Made by a program: the position numbers and the translations under genes. From a virus, in the IMG/VR virus record IMGVR_UViG_3300046758_000611, positions 106,222 through 170,221 of that record: a stretch of 64,000 nucleotides of DNA, one strand, 5' to 3'. Each line of letters starts with the position of its first letter. Positions within the stretch are counted from its first letter, which is position 1. This document shows positions 38,784 through 49,710 of the stretch, one piece after another. The notes below the pieces were generated by a model. It saw nothing but the letters and a program-made list of their open reading frames with translations, made no database searches and was not told the DNA's origin.

Positions 38784-40688
38784 TTATTTCTCGTCTACAA
38801 CTTCAAAATCAGCATCGACTACATCTTGTTCTTCTTTATTGTTCGTATCTTGTTGCTGAGATTCGGTTGACTGAGAAACTGACTGCGAAATTTTTTGAAT
38901 CATTTCACCCGAACTTGAGACGATACTCTGAAGTTCCTCGGTGGATAAATTACCATCTTCTAATTTGCTTTTAGATTCGGTTAAAAAGGAATTTATCTCA
39001 GTCGTTTCGTCTTCAGATAAGTTTTCTTTATTTTCATCTACAATTTTTTCAAGTTGATATAGTGAGTTATCTACTATATTACGTAACTCTATGCTTTCTT
39101 TTCTCTTTTTATCTTCATCGGCATATTTTTCGGCATCTGCTTTCATGCGTTCAACTTCTTCTTTATTAAGGCCACTTGAATCACTAATTGTGATCTTTTG
39201 GTCTTTGCCAGTACCCTTGTCTGTTGCAGATACATTTAGAATTCCATTTGCATCAATATCAAATGTAACTTCGATTTGTGGAGTGCCTCTTGGTGCAGGA
39301 GCAATACCATCAAGTTTAAAATTACCAATTTTTTTATTATCAGCAGATAATGCCCGTTCTCCTTGTAAAACAACAACATCTACTCCCGGTTGATTATCAG
39401 AAGCAGTAGAAAATATCTGCGACTTCTTTGTTGGAATTGTAGTGTTACGTTCAATCATTGGTGTAGACACCCCTCCCGCCGTTTCTATTCCAAGAGTAAG
39501 AGGAGTTACATCAAGCAACAAAACATCACTTACACCCTCGTCTCCTGCTAATATAGCACCTTGAATAGCTGCACCCAAAGCAACTACCTCATCTGGATTA
39601 ACTCCTTGGTGTGGATCATTACCACCTGCAAGTTCTTTTGCTGTCTCAACAACTTTAGGACTACGAGTCATCCCACCAACAAGAATTAGATTTTTAACAT
39701 CATCCATTGTGATACCCGCATCATCAAGACATTTTTCAAATGGTTCTTTTGTACGAGTATAAAGAGAATCACAGATTTGTTCAAACTTTGAACGAGTAAC
39801 TTCTACATTTAAATGCTTAGGACCACTTGCATCCGCAGTAATAAACGGAAGATTAATTGTGGTGGAAGCACTTGATGATAAAGCAACTTTTGTTTTTTCT
39901 GCTTCTTCTTTAAGACGTTGCATTGCTTGTCCGTCACTACTTAAATCAATACCGGACTCTTTTTTAAATTCATCCAACAAATATTGAATAAGAGTTTCGT
40001 CCCAATTGTCACCACCTAATTGAGTGTCACCGTTGGTAGACTTAACTTCAAATACTCCGTCACCGATTTCTAAAATAGAAACATCGTAAGTTCCACCACC
40101 AAGGTCATAAACTGCGATTGTTTCTTCGTTCTTTTTTTCTAATCCATAAGCAAGAGATGCAGCCGTTGGTTCGTTAACGATACGCAATACTTCAAGTCCT
40201 GCGATTTCCCCTGCATCTTTAGTTGCTTGTCTTTGTGAATCGTTAAAGTAAGCAGGTACGGTAATAACTGCTTGTTTCACTTCTTCACCAAGATATGCTT
40301 CTGCATCTGCTTTAAGTTTACTCAGAATGATACTTGAAATGAATTCAGGTGCATATTCTTTTTCTTCATCACCTTCTTTACACTTAATATAAGCATCTCC
40401 GTTTTTACCCGAGACAACTTCATAAGGAAGATTTTTAACTTCGTTTTTTACTTCCTTGTATTTTCTTCCGATTAAACGTTTCGCAGAAAAAATTGTATTC
40501 TCTGGATTAGTGACTGCTTGTCTTTTTGCGGACTGACCTACAAGTCTTTCTCCGTCTTTTGCAAATCCAACTATACTTGGGGTAGTTCTTGATCCCTCCG
40601 AGTTGGTAATCACTTTTGGTTCTCCTGCTTCTACCACCGCAACACAACTGTTCGATGTACCTAAATCAATGCCAATTACTTTAGCCAT
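38784..40688 (-). CDS. dnaK: Chaperone DnaK (Hsp70)
   Basis: [30 protein letters not shown], full length. Confidence 0.98.
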   Translation of the reverse strand: MAKVIGIDLGTSNSCVAVVEAGEPKVITNSEGSRTTPSIVGFAKDGERLVGQSAKRQAVTNPENTIFSAKRLIGRKYKEVKNEVKNLPYEVVSGKNGDAYIKCKEGDEEKEYAPEFISSIILSKLKADAEAYLGEEVKQAVITVPAYFNDSQRQATKDAGEIAGLEVLRIVNEPTAASLAYGLEKKNEETIAVYDLGGGTYDVSILEIGDGVFEVKSTNGDTQLGGDNWDETLIQYLLDEFKKESGIDLSSDGQAMQRLKEEAEKTKVALSSSASTTINLPFITADASGPKHLNVEVTRSKFEQICDSLYTRTKEPFEKCLDDAGITMDDVKNLILVGGMTRSPKVVETAKELAGGNDPHQGVNPDEVVALGAAIQGAILAGDEGVSDVLLLDVTPLTLGIETAGGVSTPMIERNTTIPTKKSQIFSTASDNQPGVDVVVLQGERALSADNKKIGNFKLDGIAPAPRGTPQIEVTFDIDANGILNVSATDKGTGKDQKITISDSSGLNKEEVERMKADAEKYADEDKKRKESIELRNIVDNSLYQLEKIVDENKENLSEDETTEINSFLTESKSKLEDGNLSTEELQSIVSSSGEMIQKISQSVSQSTESQQQDTNNKEEQDVVDADFEVVDEK

Positions 40689-40794
40689 TTTCTATTCCTC
40701 TTTTATTTTGTTAGTTTTGTTTGAATCTCATTTGAGCATTCTAGATAATCTCACTTGAGCATTATCTTTAAATAAATATAATCTAAAATACTTT

Positions 40795-41733
40795 TTATTC
40801 TCCTTCTTTTCCGTCACACGGACCTCCGGCTTTTTTTGCAAACTCGCAATAACGACAATTCTTTTTGTTTTTACCGGGTGTTTTTGGAAATGAACAATCC
40901 ATATTATATTCACCACCTTTGGTAAATGATTCATTCAAAAAATTATTGAAACTTGACCATGCTTCTTTGCTACTCATTGTACCATGTGGTGGAACAAATC
41001 GTTGAATACGATCACCACTCCAAGGATCATCTGGATCGTGTTTGCGTTTAAGAATAATAAACTCAACCTCTATTTTATCCAAAGGTACATTAAATTCTTT
41101 AGCATAAAATACTTTATACAAAAGCAATTGATGAGTTTTACTTTCATCTGCTTTTTGCCACTTGTTCCATCCACGTGTAGATGTTTTCAAGTCAATGATT
41201 TTATACTTTTGATTGATTTTATCAAATAGCACAACATCAAGAAATCCGATGTATCCGACATTGTTACGAACTTCCAAATCAATTGAAGTTTCAATGCCAG
41301 ATAATGAATAACGAGTTTTAGAAAAGAATTTACTACGAACTTCTTCTGACAACAAATAATCAAGTATTTCATTACCATCTTGAATAAATTCATCAAAGGT
41401 AGCATCGTCCATGCAACGTTTACCATCAATAAGATTCTCAGGTTTATCAGCAAGTTCAGTCATTATTTGCAATAACTTTGCTTTCCAATCAACACTCTCA
41501 GTATCAAGATGTGGTTGATTATACATCATTTCAAGGTAATCTTGAATAGTTTCGTGCATAGAAGTTCCAAACACTAAATGTATATTTGCTTCTTTCTTAC
41601 GAAGATTATCAATATATGCAAGTTTCCAACTACGAGGGCACTTGTAATACATTGAGTATTGTGAGAAACTCACATACTTATTAAACCGTCTTTCTTTTAC
41701 TTCTTTTTTTTCTCCAGTTGCTACTTGTGTCAT
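40795..41733 (-). CDS. PD-(D/E)XK nuclease, Cas4/AddB-like with 4-Cys cluster
   Basis: KCPR, GTSMH, GFLD..IIDLKT, QLLLY, CRYC...C. Confidence 0.85.
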   Translation of the reverse strand: MTQVATGEKKEVKERRFNKYVSFSQYSMYYKCPRSWKLAYIDNLRKKEANIHLVFGTSMHETIQDYLEMMYNQPHLDTESVDWKAKLLQIMTELADKPENLIDGKRCMDDATFDEFIQDGNEILDYLLSEEVRSKFFSKTRYSLSGIETSIDLEVRNNVGYIGFLDVVLFDKINQKYKIIDLKTSTRGWNKWQKADESKTHQLLLYKVFYAKEFNVPLDKIEVEFIILKRKHDPDDPWSGDRIQRFVPPHGTMSSKEAWSSFNNFLNESFTKGGEYNMDCSFPKTPGKNKKNCRYCEFAKKAGGPCDGKEGE

Positions 41734-41739
41734 AATAAA

Positions 41740-42024
41740 TTAATCACTCCCATCTGCTTTTTGGTTTGCATCGTATATATTGCACCTTAGTAGGTTATCA
41801 CCTCGTAAAACACCCATGTCAACAGAATCACGCATACTTTCATATAATTCACGGTCATCATAACCAAAATGTCCTAAATCTGCTAGGTGGGTTAAATATT
41901 GCTGGTGATTCATTCCTGTTTTTCTTTCAATAACTACTTTTAAATATGCAATTGCATGGTCAGCTGAGTTAAATAATTTAACAGGATTGCCTTTTATGGT
42001 TGGGTCTTTTATGTAGTATTTCAT
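41740..42024 (-). CDS. Hypothetical protein
   Basis: ORF after TTGACT-N17-TATTAT. Confidence 0.6.
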   Translation of the reverse strand: MKYYIKDPTIKGNPVKLFNSADHAIAYLKVVIERKTGMNHQQYLTHLADLGHFGYDDRELYESMRDSVDMGVLRGDNLLRCNIYDANQKADGSD

Positions 42025-42075
42025 TGTTACTTATTATAATAGTAAATTCTATATGTAAAGTCAAGGTATATTTAA

Positions 42076-43458
<1,383 letters not shown>

Positions 43459-43476
43459 AAGTAAATATATATTATT

Positions 43477-44820
43477 ATGAGCAAGTATGTAGATGATGTA
43501 ATCAAGAAAGTAGAAGAAAGAAATCATTCAGAACCAGTATTTATACAGGCCGTTAAAGAGGTCTACTCAAGTTTACATACTGTAATGGGTAAACATAGTA
43601 TTTTCAAAAAAGTTAATTTATTAGAAAGACTTGCGGAACCAGAAAAGCAAATTATATTTAGTATTCCTTGGATTGACGAAATAGGAAATGTTCATGTTAA
43701 TCGTGGGTATCGTGTACAATTTAATAGTGTACTTGGACCATATAAAGGTGGATTAAGATTCCATCCAAGTGTTAACTTGGGTACGATGAAGTTTCTTGGA
43801 TTTGAACAAACCTTTAAGAATAGTTTAACAGGGTTGCAAATTGGTGGAGCAAAAGGAGGAAGTGATTTTGATCCAAATGGAAAAACGGATTTAGAGATAA
43901 TGAGATTTTGTCAGTCGTTTATGATAAAACTACATGATCACCTTGGACACAAAACCGATGTACCTGCAGGTGACATTGGTGTGGGGTATAAAGAAATAGG
44001 ATATTTGTTTGGTCAATATAAAGCACTTCATAGTAAATATGAACCAGGACTAATTACAGGTAAAGCACCACATTGGGGTGGAATACAAGGAAGAAAAGAA
44101 GCAACTGGATACGGAGCAATTTATTTTACAGAAGAGATGTTAAAAAATCACCATACCGACTTAAAAGGAAAGATTGTAACGGTAAGTGGATTTGGTCAAG
44201 TGTCTTTTGGTGTTGTTAAAAAAGCAGTAGAAATGGGTGCTAAAGTTGTAACTATATCAGGACCCGATGGATATGTTTATATGAAGAATGGTATTAAAAA
44301 AGATCAAATTTCTTTTATGGAAAAATTACGTGAAAGTAATCAAGATATAGTTAAACCATTTGCAGAAAAATATAATTACGATTTTCTTAAAGGTAAAAAA
44401 CCTTGGGAAGTTCGTTGTGATATTGCAATACCAAGTGCTATTCAAAATGAAATACATGAAAAAGATGCAGAGAATTTGGTAAATAACGATTGCAAATTTA
44501 TTGTAGAAGCAGCCAATATGCCGTGTACAGAAGAAGCATTAAAACAATTCCACAATAATCTTGTTGTAGTTGCACCCAGTAAAGCAGTAAATGCAGGTGG
44601 AGTTGCGGTATCGGCACTTGAAATGCGACAAAACGCAGGATGGGAAAAGTGGGGTTTAGCACAAGTTGACAACAAACTGCGTCAAATTATGAGAGAGATT
44701 CACGATAATTGCTTAAGAAATGCAAGAATATATGGAGATGAGGGTGATTATACACTTGGTGCTAATGTTGGTGGTTTTTTACGTGTTGCTCGGGCTGCTT
44801 TAGCACACGGAATCATTTAG
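43477..44820 (+). CDS. Glutamate dehydrogenase, second copy, NAD-type signature
   Basis: [23 protein letters not shown]...TISGPDG, EAANMP. Confidence 0.93.
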   Translation: MSKYVDDVIKKVEERNHSEPVFIQAVKEVYSSLHTVMGKHSIFKKVNLLERLAEPEKQIIFSIPWIDEIGNVHVNRGYRVQFNSVLGPYKGGLRFHPSVNLGTMKFLGFEQTFKNSLTGLQIGGAKGGSDFDPNGKTDLEIMRFCQSFMIKLHDHLGHKTDVPAGDIGVGYKEIGYLFGQYKALHSKYEPGLITGKAPHWGGIQGRKEATGYGAIYFTEEMLKNHHTDLKGKIVTVSGFGQVSFGVVKKAVEMGAKVVTISGPDGYVYMKNGIKKDQISFMEKLRESNQDIVKPFAEKYNYDFLKGKKPWEVRCDIAIPSAIQNEIHEKDAENLVNNDCKFIVEAANMPCTEEALKQFHNNLVVVAPSKAVNAGGVAVSALEMRQNAGWEKWGLAQVDNKLRQIMREIHDNCLRNARIYGDEGDYTLGANVGGFLRVARAALAHGII

Positions 44821-45205
44821 ACATAAAATATTCAACGATTGCTTCGTTTTTAACTTTTTTTAATATATTTTCAGGTACATGAATCATATTATCCGTCATA
44901 AACACATGATCATCAGGCTTCGGTTTTTTATAGCCTAGTAAAGTTATACTTTTTTCAGAAAAACAAAGTAATTTATATGGCATTATCCTACCATACACAC
45001 CTTTTGTAGCACTAAACTTGCAATCGTAATCAGTATCTGCTTGTTGTGAAGTATATCTTGCTTCATAAATTCCATGAAGTACCCAATCAAGTGCAGATTT
45101 CAAAGAATCTGTTTCATATTCGGCAACAAAATCATCTTTCAGTAAAACTACTTCACATTTAAATAACTTTTTCTTAAAAAGTTTTGATATAATTTTTGTA
45201 AGCAT
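44813..45205 (-). CDS. Hypothetical protein
   Basis: 130 aa ORF with ATATACTTAT upstream. Confidence 0.55.
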   Translation of the reverse strand: MLTKIISKLFKKKLFKCEVVLLKDDFVAEYETDSLKSALDWVLHGIYEARYTSQQADTDYDCKFSATKGVYGRIMPYKLLCFSEKSITLLGYKKPKPDDHVFMTDNMIHVPENILKKVKNEAIVEYFMSK

Positions 45206-45302
45206 ATATAAATAAGTATATACTCAAAAGTTTTTATTGTAAATGAAAGAATTATCATAAACTATTATTTCATAAAATTTTATATGTATATATTTATATA
45301 TT

Positions 45303-46352
45303 ATGAACGAAGATTACTACACTTTGCTTGGTGTAACACGCAACACAACAGAATCGGAAATAAAAAAGGCATACAGAAAACTTGCTATAAAATTTCACCC
45401 AGATAAAAATAAGGACGACAAATCGGCTGAAGAAAAATTTAAAAAAATAAGTGAGGCATATGAAGTATTATCCAACTCAGATAAAAAACAAAAATACGAT
45501 ACACTGGGACACGATAACTTTGTAAATTCAAGAGGTGCAGGTGGGTTTCAACCAAACACAGACCCGTTTGATGCATTTAATTCGTTTTTTCAAAATGGAT
45601 TTCATAAAAATGATCCGTTTAATCAAACCACTTCACCAAAAGTTGGAAGCAATTTGAAAATAGATTTAGAAGTAAGACTTCAAGAAATCATAAACGACAC
45701 AACAAAGGTAACAAAATATAAAAGGCACGGAAAATGTAATAGATGCGATGGCCATGGGTTAAATGATAATTCAAAAATTCAAAATTGTAATACTTGTGGG
45801 GGCAACGGTGCAGTATACAGACGCATGGGACCTATGCAAGTACAACAGGTATGTCCCACTTGTCGTGGAGCAGGAACTTATATATTAAATCCATGTGGTG
45901 GTTGTAATGGGAGTGGTGTTACAGAAGAAACTCTAGATATAAATTTAAAAATACCAAGAGGAGTTCATAACGGAACTCGTTTAAGGGTGAGTGGGCATGG
46001 AAACTATGTAAAAGACGGAACTTTTGGTGATCTTTATGTCCATGTATATATAAAACCGGATACAAGGTATGAAAGAGATGGTGATGACATCTTATGCTCG
46101 GAAGAAATTGACTTTCAAAATTTAATTTTAGGAACTAAAAAAAATATAGAATCATTATACGGAAAAATTTCCATTACAATCCCACCTTTATCTAAACCAG
46201 ACCGTGTTTTAAAAGTAAAGGAACATGGATTACCTAACTCCCGCACAGGAAGAAAGTCATGTATGTATGTTGTTCTTAAAGCAAGATTTCCAGAGAAAAT
46301 ATCAACAGAGCAAAAATCAATTCTTGATCTTTATAGTAAAACTATAAAATAG
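45303..46352 (+). CDS. dnaJ: Chaperone DnaJ
   Basis: HPD J-domain, G/F region, four CxxCxGxG repeats, GDLYV. Confidence 0.96.
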   Translation: MNEDYYTLLGVTRNTTESEIKKAYRKLAIKFHPDKNKDDKSAEEKFKKISEAYEVLSNSDKKQKYDTLGHDNFVNSRGAGGFQPNTDPFDAFNSFFQNGFHKNDPFNQTTSPKVGSNLKIDLEVRLQEIINDTTKVTKYKRHGKCNRCDGHGLNDNSKIQNCNTCGGNGAVYRRMGPMQVQQVCPTCRGAGTYILNPCGGCNGSGVTEETLDINLKIPRGVHNGTRLRVSGHGNYVKDGTFGDLYVHVYIKPDTRYERDGDDILCSEEIDFQNLILGTKKNIESLYGKISITIPPLSKPDRVLKVKEHGLPNSRTGRKSCMYVVLKARFPEKISTEQKSILDLYSKTIK

Positions 46353-46667
46353 TTACCTTTTACGTTTCTGAGAACCAACTCCTCCGGACTTTATTGGAAT
46401 TGATTTGGTTGATGACTCGTATGTTTTTTTGTTTTTAAGACGATATGTAATTCTACCTTTAGACATATCATATTTGCTTATCTCAACAAGAACTTTATCA
46501 CCTATTGTTAACTTAATAAAATGTTGTTTAAGTTTACCAGCAAGAGAGCAAAGTAAAATTACTTTAGAATCTCCTTGAGATAACTCAACATCAAACATAG
46601 TTCCTGGAAGGAGTTTTTTTACGACTCCTTCCATTTCTATTATATCAGGATTATTTTTGCGTGACAT
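46353..46667 (-). CDS. infA: Translation initiation factor IF-1
   Basis: IEMEGVV..LPGTMF.VEL, GDKVLVEISKYDMSKGRITYR. Confidence 0.92.
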   Translation of the reverse strand: MSRKNNPDIIEMEGVVKKLLPGTMFDVELSQGDSKVILLCSLAGKLKQHFIKLTIGDKVLVEISKYDMSKGRITYRLKNKKTYESSTKSIPIKSGGVGSQKRKR

Positions 46668-46673
46668 AATTAC

Positions 46674-47315
46674 TTAAGTAAGAATTTCATCAACCATTCC
46701 GTACTTCAAGCAAGTTTTGGCATCCCACCACAAATCATGTTTTAGAATTTCATCCATCTTTGTTTTTGGAATCTTAGTTTTTTCTTCGTATATTTCTTTT
46801 ATACGTTTCATAAGATTATCTGAATTTTTCATGTCATCCTGAAGTTCTTGATATTTTCCCCAATGCTGAGAACTAAGTTGGTGGACAAGCATATATGAAT
46901 TTTCACCAATGAATCGTTGTGTTCCACAGACACTCATAATTGTACCCGCACTAGCCGCACATCCATCAATGTATGTATATATGGGTGTTTTTGACTGATT
47001 CATGTAATCAATGCTACCAAATGCAGCGAATACACTACCACCATAACTATTAATTCTTAATCTAATCGGAATACCCACATCAAGACCAAGTTTCATAGAA
47101 ATCATTTGCATTTCTCTGTCTAACCTAGATATTTCTTTATTAAGATTAAAATTTTCCTTCATACCAACACTCGAATAGAAGTAGATAATATTATCATCAC
47201 CTTCTACAGTATCCATCGATCCTGCCTCGGCATTTTTTGACTTTGGACTAACCTTCTTTTTTGGAGAAACCTTTTTTTTAGGTTCTACATTTTCATTAAA
47301 TTCCCAATTATACAT
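46674..47315 (-). CDS. ClpP-like protease (peptidase S14)
   Basis: INSYGGSV, AASAGT (Ser), MLVHQ (His), HDLWWDA..CLKYGMVDEI. Confidence 0.88.
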   Translation of the reverse strand: MYNWEFNENVEPKKKVSPKKKVSPKSKNAEAGSMDTVEGDDNIIYFYSSVGMKENFNLNKEISRLDREMQMISMKLGLDVGIPIRLRINSYGGSVFAAFGSIDYMNQSKTPIYTYIDGCAASAGTIMSVCGTQRFIGENSYMLVHQLSSQHWGKYQELQDDMKNSDNLMKRIKEIYEEKTKIPKTKMDEILKHDLWWDAKTCLKYGMVDEILT

Positions 47316-47317
47316 AA

Positions 47318-47518
47318 CTATCTAATTTTTCTTGGTTTGTTTGTTTTGACAATGGATACCTTTGACGAAGGATCGTGGTTTTTGCAAATACCAATCCAGT
47401 ATTGTGCTTCACGTTTAGCATCATCTTCATTGATGAAGTTTCTATCGGAGGTTCTACGTCTATCACGAGTAACCACATAAACTTCGGTTTGAGGGTCGTA
47501 GTCTTGCTTCTTATTCAT
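47318..47518 (-). CDS. Hypothetical protein
   Basis: 66 aa ORF in operon. Confidence 0.55.
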   Translation of the reverse strand: MNKKQDYDPQTEVYVVTRDRRRTSDRNFINEDDAKREAQYWIGICKNHDPSSKVSIVKTNKPRKIR

Positions 47519-47536
47519 ATATATTTATGTATATTT

Positions 47537-49186
47537 TTAGTTATTGTTTGGAAGAATAATATTATCAGGTTTTTCAATCTTTACAATACTTTCTTCGTTA
47601 GATTCTTTAGAGTCGTGTCCGACAACGTCGGAAGATTTTTTTTCAGTAGTGTTCTTTGCATAACAAGATGTGTCTTGAAACATTTCATCGAGGAAATTTT
47701 TTTGACCCTCTGATTCTTCAAGGGGATTGCCATGCATATCAAATCCAGCATCTTTTAAATCACCGATAATACTATTAATAGTAACACTATCGGCAACACT
47801 TGTGCCATACTTATTTTCGTAGTATTCAAATATCTCACGTGCTTTGGGGTGCATATTTTCACGTCTTTTATCATTATTGATAGTGTGAACAACATCCCAT
47901 TCGGTATTTGCTACTCCGTGCCAATCGTAAATAAAACAACTATCCGGTTCATTTGTCTTTTCGACGGAGTCGAAAGAATTTTTTTCGGAAGATACTTCAT
48001 GGAACTCATCAGTAAAACTTTCATTCGTTTTCGGTTTTTCACCGTATTGTTCAGCAGCCACTTGAATTGGATGTTTATTTCCATTTTGCCCATCAACGTC
48101 GAAAGAATTTTTTTCGGAAGGTTGTCCATTTGCATAATCGGTATTGTTGTACATCACATCAAACATATCCACATCTACATCACCAACAATATCGTAGGTT
48201 TCGAGAGAATTTTTTTTCAAAGGATTGTCGGTACTTTGACGAATACATCCAGCAATGATAGATTCTTTGCGATTAACGGCATCAAAATCAATAAGACCTT
48301 CACATGGATTACCAGGTTCACCTTCTACACCCCGTTCCGAGTAAAGATTATAGTCATCAGGACCATCCACAGGTGTCCATTCATCCTCATCCCAAGTTTC
48401 ATCATCGTATACATTACCTTCACTATCATAATATACAGGTGATTCGTATACAGGAATCAAATCAAATGGATTTTCAATTTCTTCGTGAACAACATAACGA
48501 TAAACACGAACTTTTTGACGATCACTATCTTCCGGTACACTAACTACATCCGATGGATTAACTTTAACGGAAACAAGACGATCACCAACCTGTTCACCGT
48601 TTTCATCAATTTTAAAACTTCCGTAACTACGAACATATTCAATGCTACCACAATGAAGACCACTTGAACAATGCTTTGTGGGATCAGCAGTTACTTCTTC
48701 ATAGGGCATTTTTACTTTATTACCAACTTTATTTGAAATCGTTCCAGTATACTTGTCGGTATAATCACGATTAATTGCTTTGTAAGCAAGGAAACATCCG
48801 TCTTCGGTGATAGGAAGGTTCTCGTGCTTCAAAAAGGTATAAAGTTGATCTATGCTACCTTCAGAGGGATTATCCATAAGATTAACAAGGAAGTTAATCA
48901 TGGGTTCTACCGCATCACCGTTTTGAATCATATCTACGATTCGTTGAGTAAGTACGTTGTGTACAATTGTTCCGTTGTAAATTAAGTTATCTCCATCAAC
49001 AACAATTTGCCCATTGGAAAATTCTTTGTATCCATTTTTGACATCAAGAAGATTGTCAATGTCGAGGAAATTTTTTTGAAGCAATGCTTTTTTAATTTTA
49101 TAGAAATTAGGATGAGTTTTACTAACAACCGCAGGTCCCGATTCGGATATTAGTGTAATTGTTGAGTCGGTGATTATACTTTGCAT
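47537..49186 (-). CDS. rIIB: rIIB-like protein with long acidic C-terminal extension
   Basis: NLMDNPS, LPITEDGCFLAYK, CSSGLH, KVNPSDVVSVP. Confidence 0.88.
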   Translation of the reverse strand: MQSIITDSTITLISESGPAVVSKTHPNFYKIKKALLQKNFLDIDNLLDVKNGYKEFSNGQIVVDGDNLIYNGTIVHNVLTQRIVDMIQNGDAVEPMINFLVNLMDNPSEGSIDQLYTFLKHENLPITEDGCFLAYKAINRDYTDKYTGTISNKVGNKVKMPYEEVTADPTKHCSSGLHCGSIEYVRSYGSFKIDENGEQVGDRLVSVKVNPSDVVSVPEDSDRQKVRVYRYVVHEEIENPFDLIPVYESPVYYDSEGNVYDDETWDEDEWTPVDGPDDYNLYSERGVEGEPGNPCEGLIDFDAVNRKESIIAGCIRQSTDNPLKKNSLETYDIVGDVDVDMFDVMYNNTDYANGQPSEKNSFDVDGQNGNKHPIQVAAEQYGEKPKTNESFTDEFHEVSSEKNSFDSVEKTNEPDSCFIYDWHGVANTEWDVVHTINNDKRRENMHPKAREIFEYYENKYGTSVADSVTINSIIGDLKDAGFDMHGNPLEESEGQKNFLDEMFQDTSCYAKNTTEKKSSDVVGHDSKESNEESIVKIEKPDNIILPNNN

Positions 49187-49364
49187 AATTAATTCTTTTT
49201 AATTAGATTAAGATTGTGGTTGACCGTCTTCTCCAAGAGGAGCAAGGCCTTGTTTCTTTCTTGCTTTGTTTTTGTTTGCAATTTGCGAACGATTCATTTT
49301 AGGTGTAACCATAGTTCCATAAATTCCTTTTACCAATACACCGGAACTTCGACCGGTTTTTTTT
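47628..49364 (+). repeat. Left cluster of TCGA-(purine-rich)-T-tract motif
   Basis: Copies at 47688, 47970, 48099, 48201, 49062; variants at 47628 and 49349. Confidence 0.75.
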
Positions 49365-49429
49365 GAGACTTGGTATATTTTTGGATGCTTTTCTTTATTA
49401 GGTATGTTAATTCGTGCTTTCTTGCTCAT
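49208..49429 (-). CDS. Small basic hypothetical protein
   Basis: 73 aa Lys/Arg-rich ORF between rIIA and rIIB. Confidence 0.55.
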   Translation of the reverse strand: MSKKARINIPNKEKHPKIYQVSKKTGRSSGVLVKGIYGTMVTPKMNRSQIANKNKARKKQGLAPLGEDGQPQS

Positions 49430-49710
49430 GGTTGTAAATCCCGTTCTTGATTATTAAAATTACTTTTTTTAGTGGATTCTACGGAAGAATATTTATATTT
49501 CTTTGTAAGTTTAGATTGCTTTCCCATTCCAAACCTTTTCTTTAAACGATGTTTCCAATGTTGTGATGATTTCATGATTTATATATATTTGTTTGTTATT
49601 AAATTTATTTATTATAATAATACTTCATAAAACGTCTCTCGTCAACTTTTTTTTAATTTCATGCGAAATCAAAAAAAAACTTTCCTTAGACTTGTTAGTA
49701 TCCATTGATA

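Noticed and set aside
47628-49077. CRISPR array from the 22-bp repeated sequence
   Set aside because: Irregular spacing, degenerate copies, located inside an intact rIIB ORF, no cas operon
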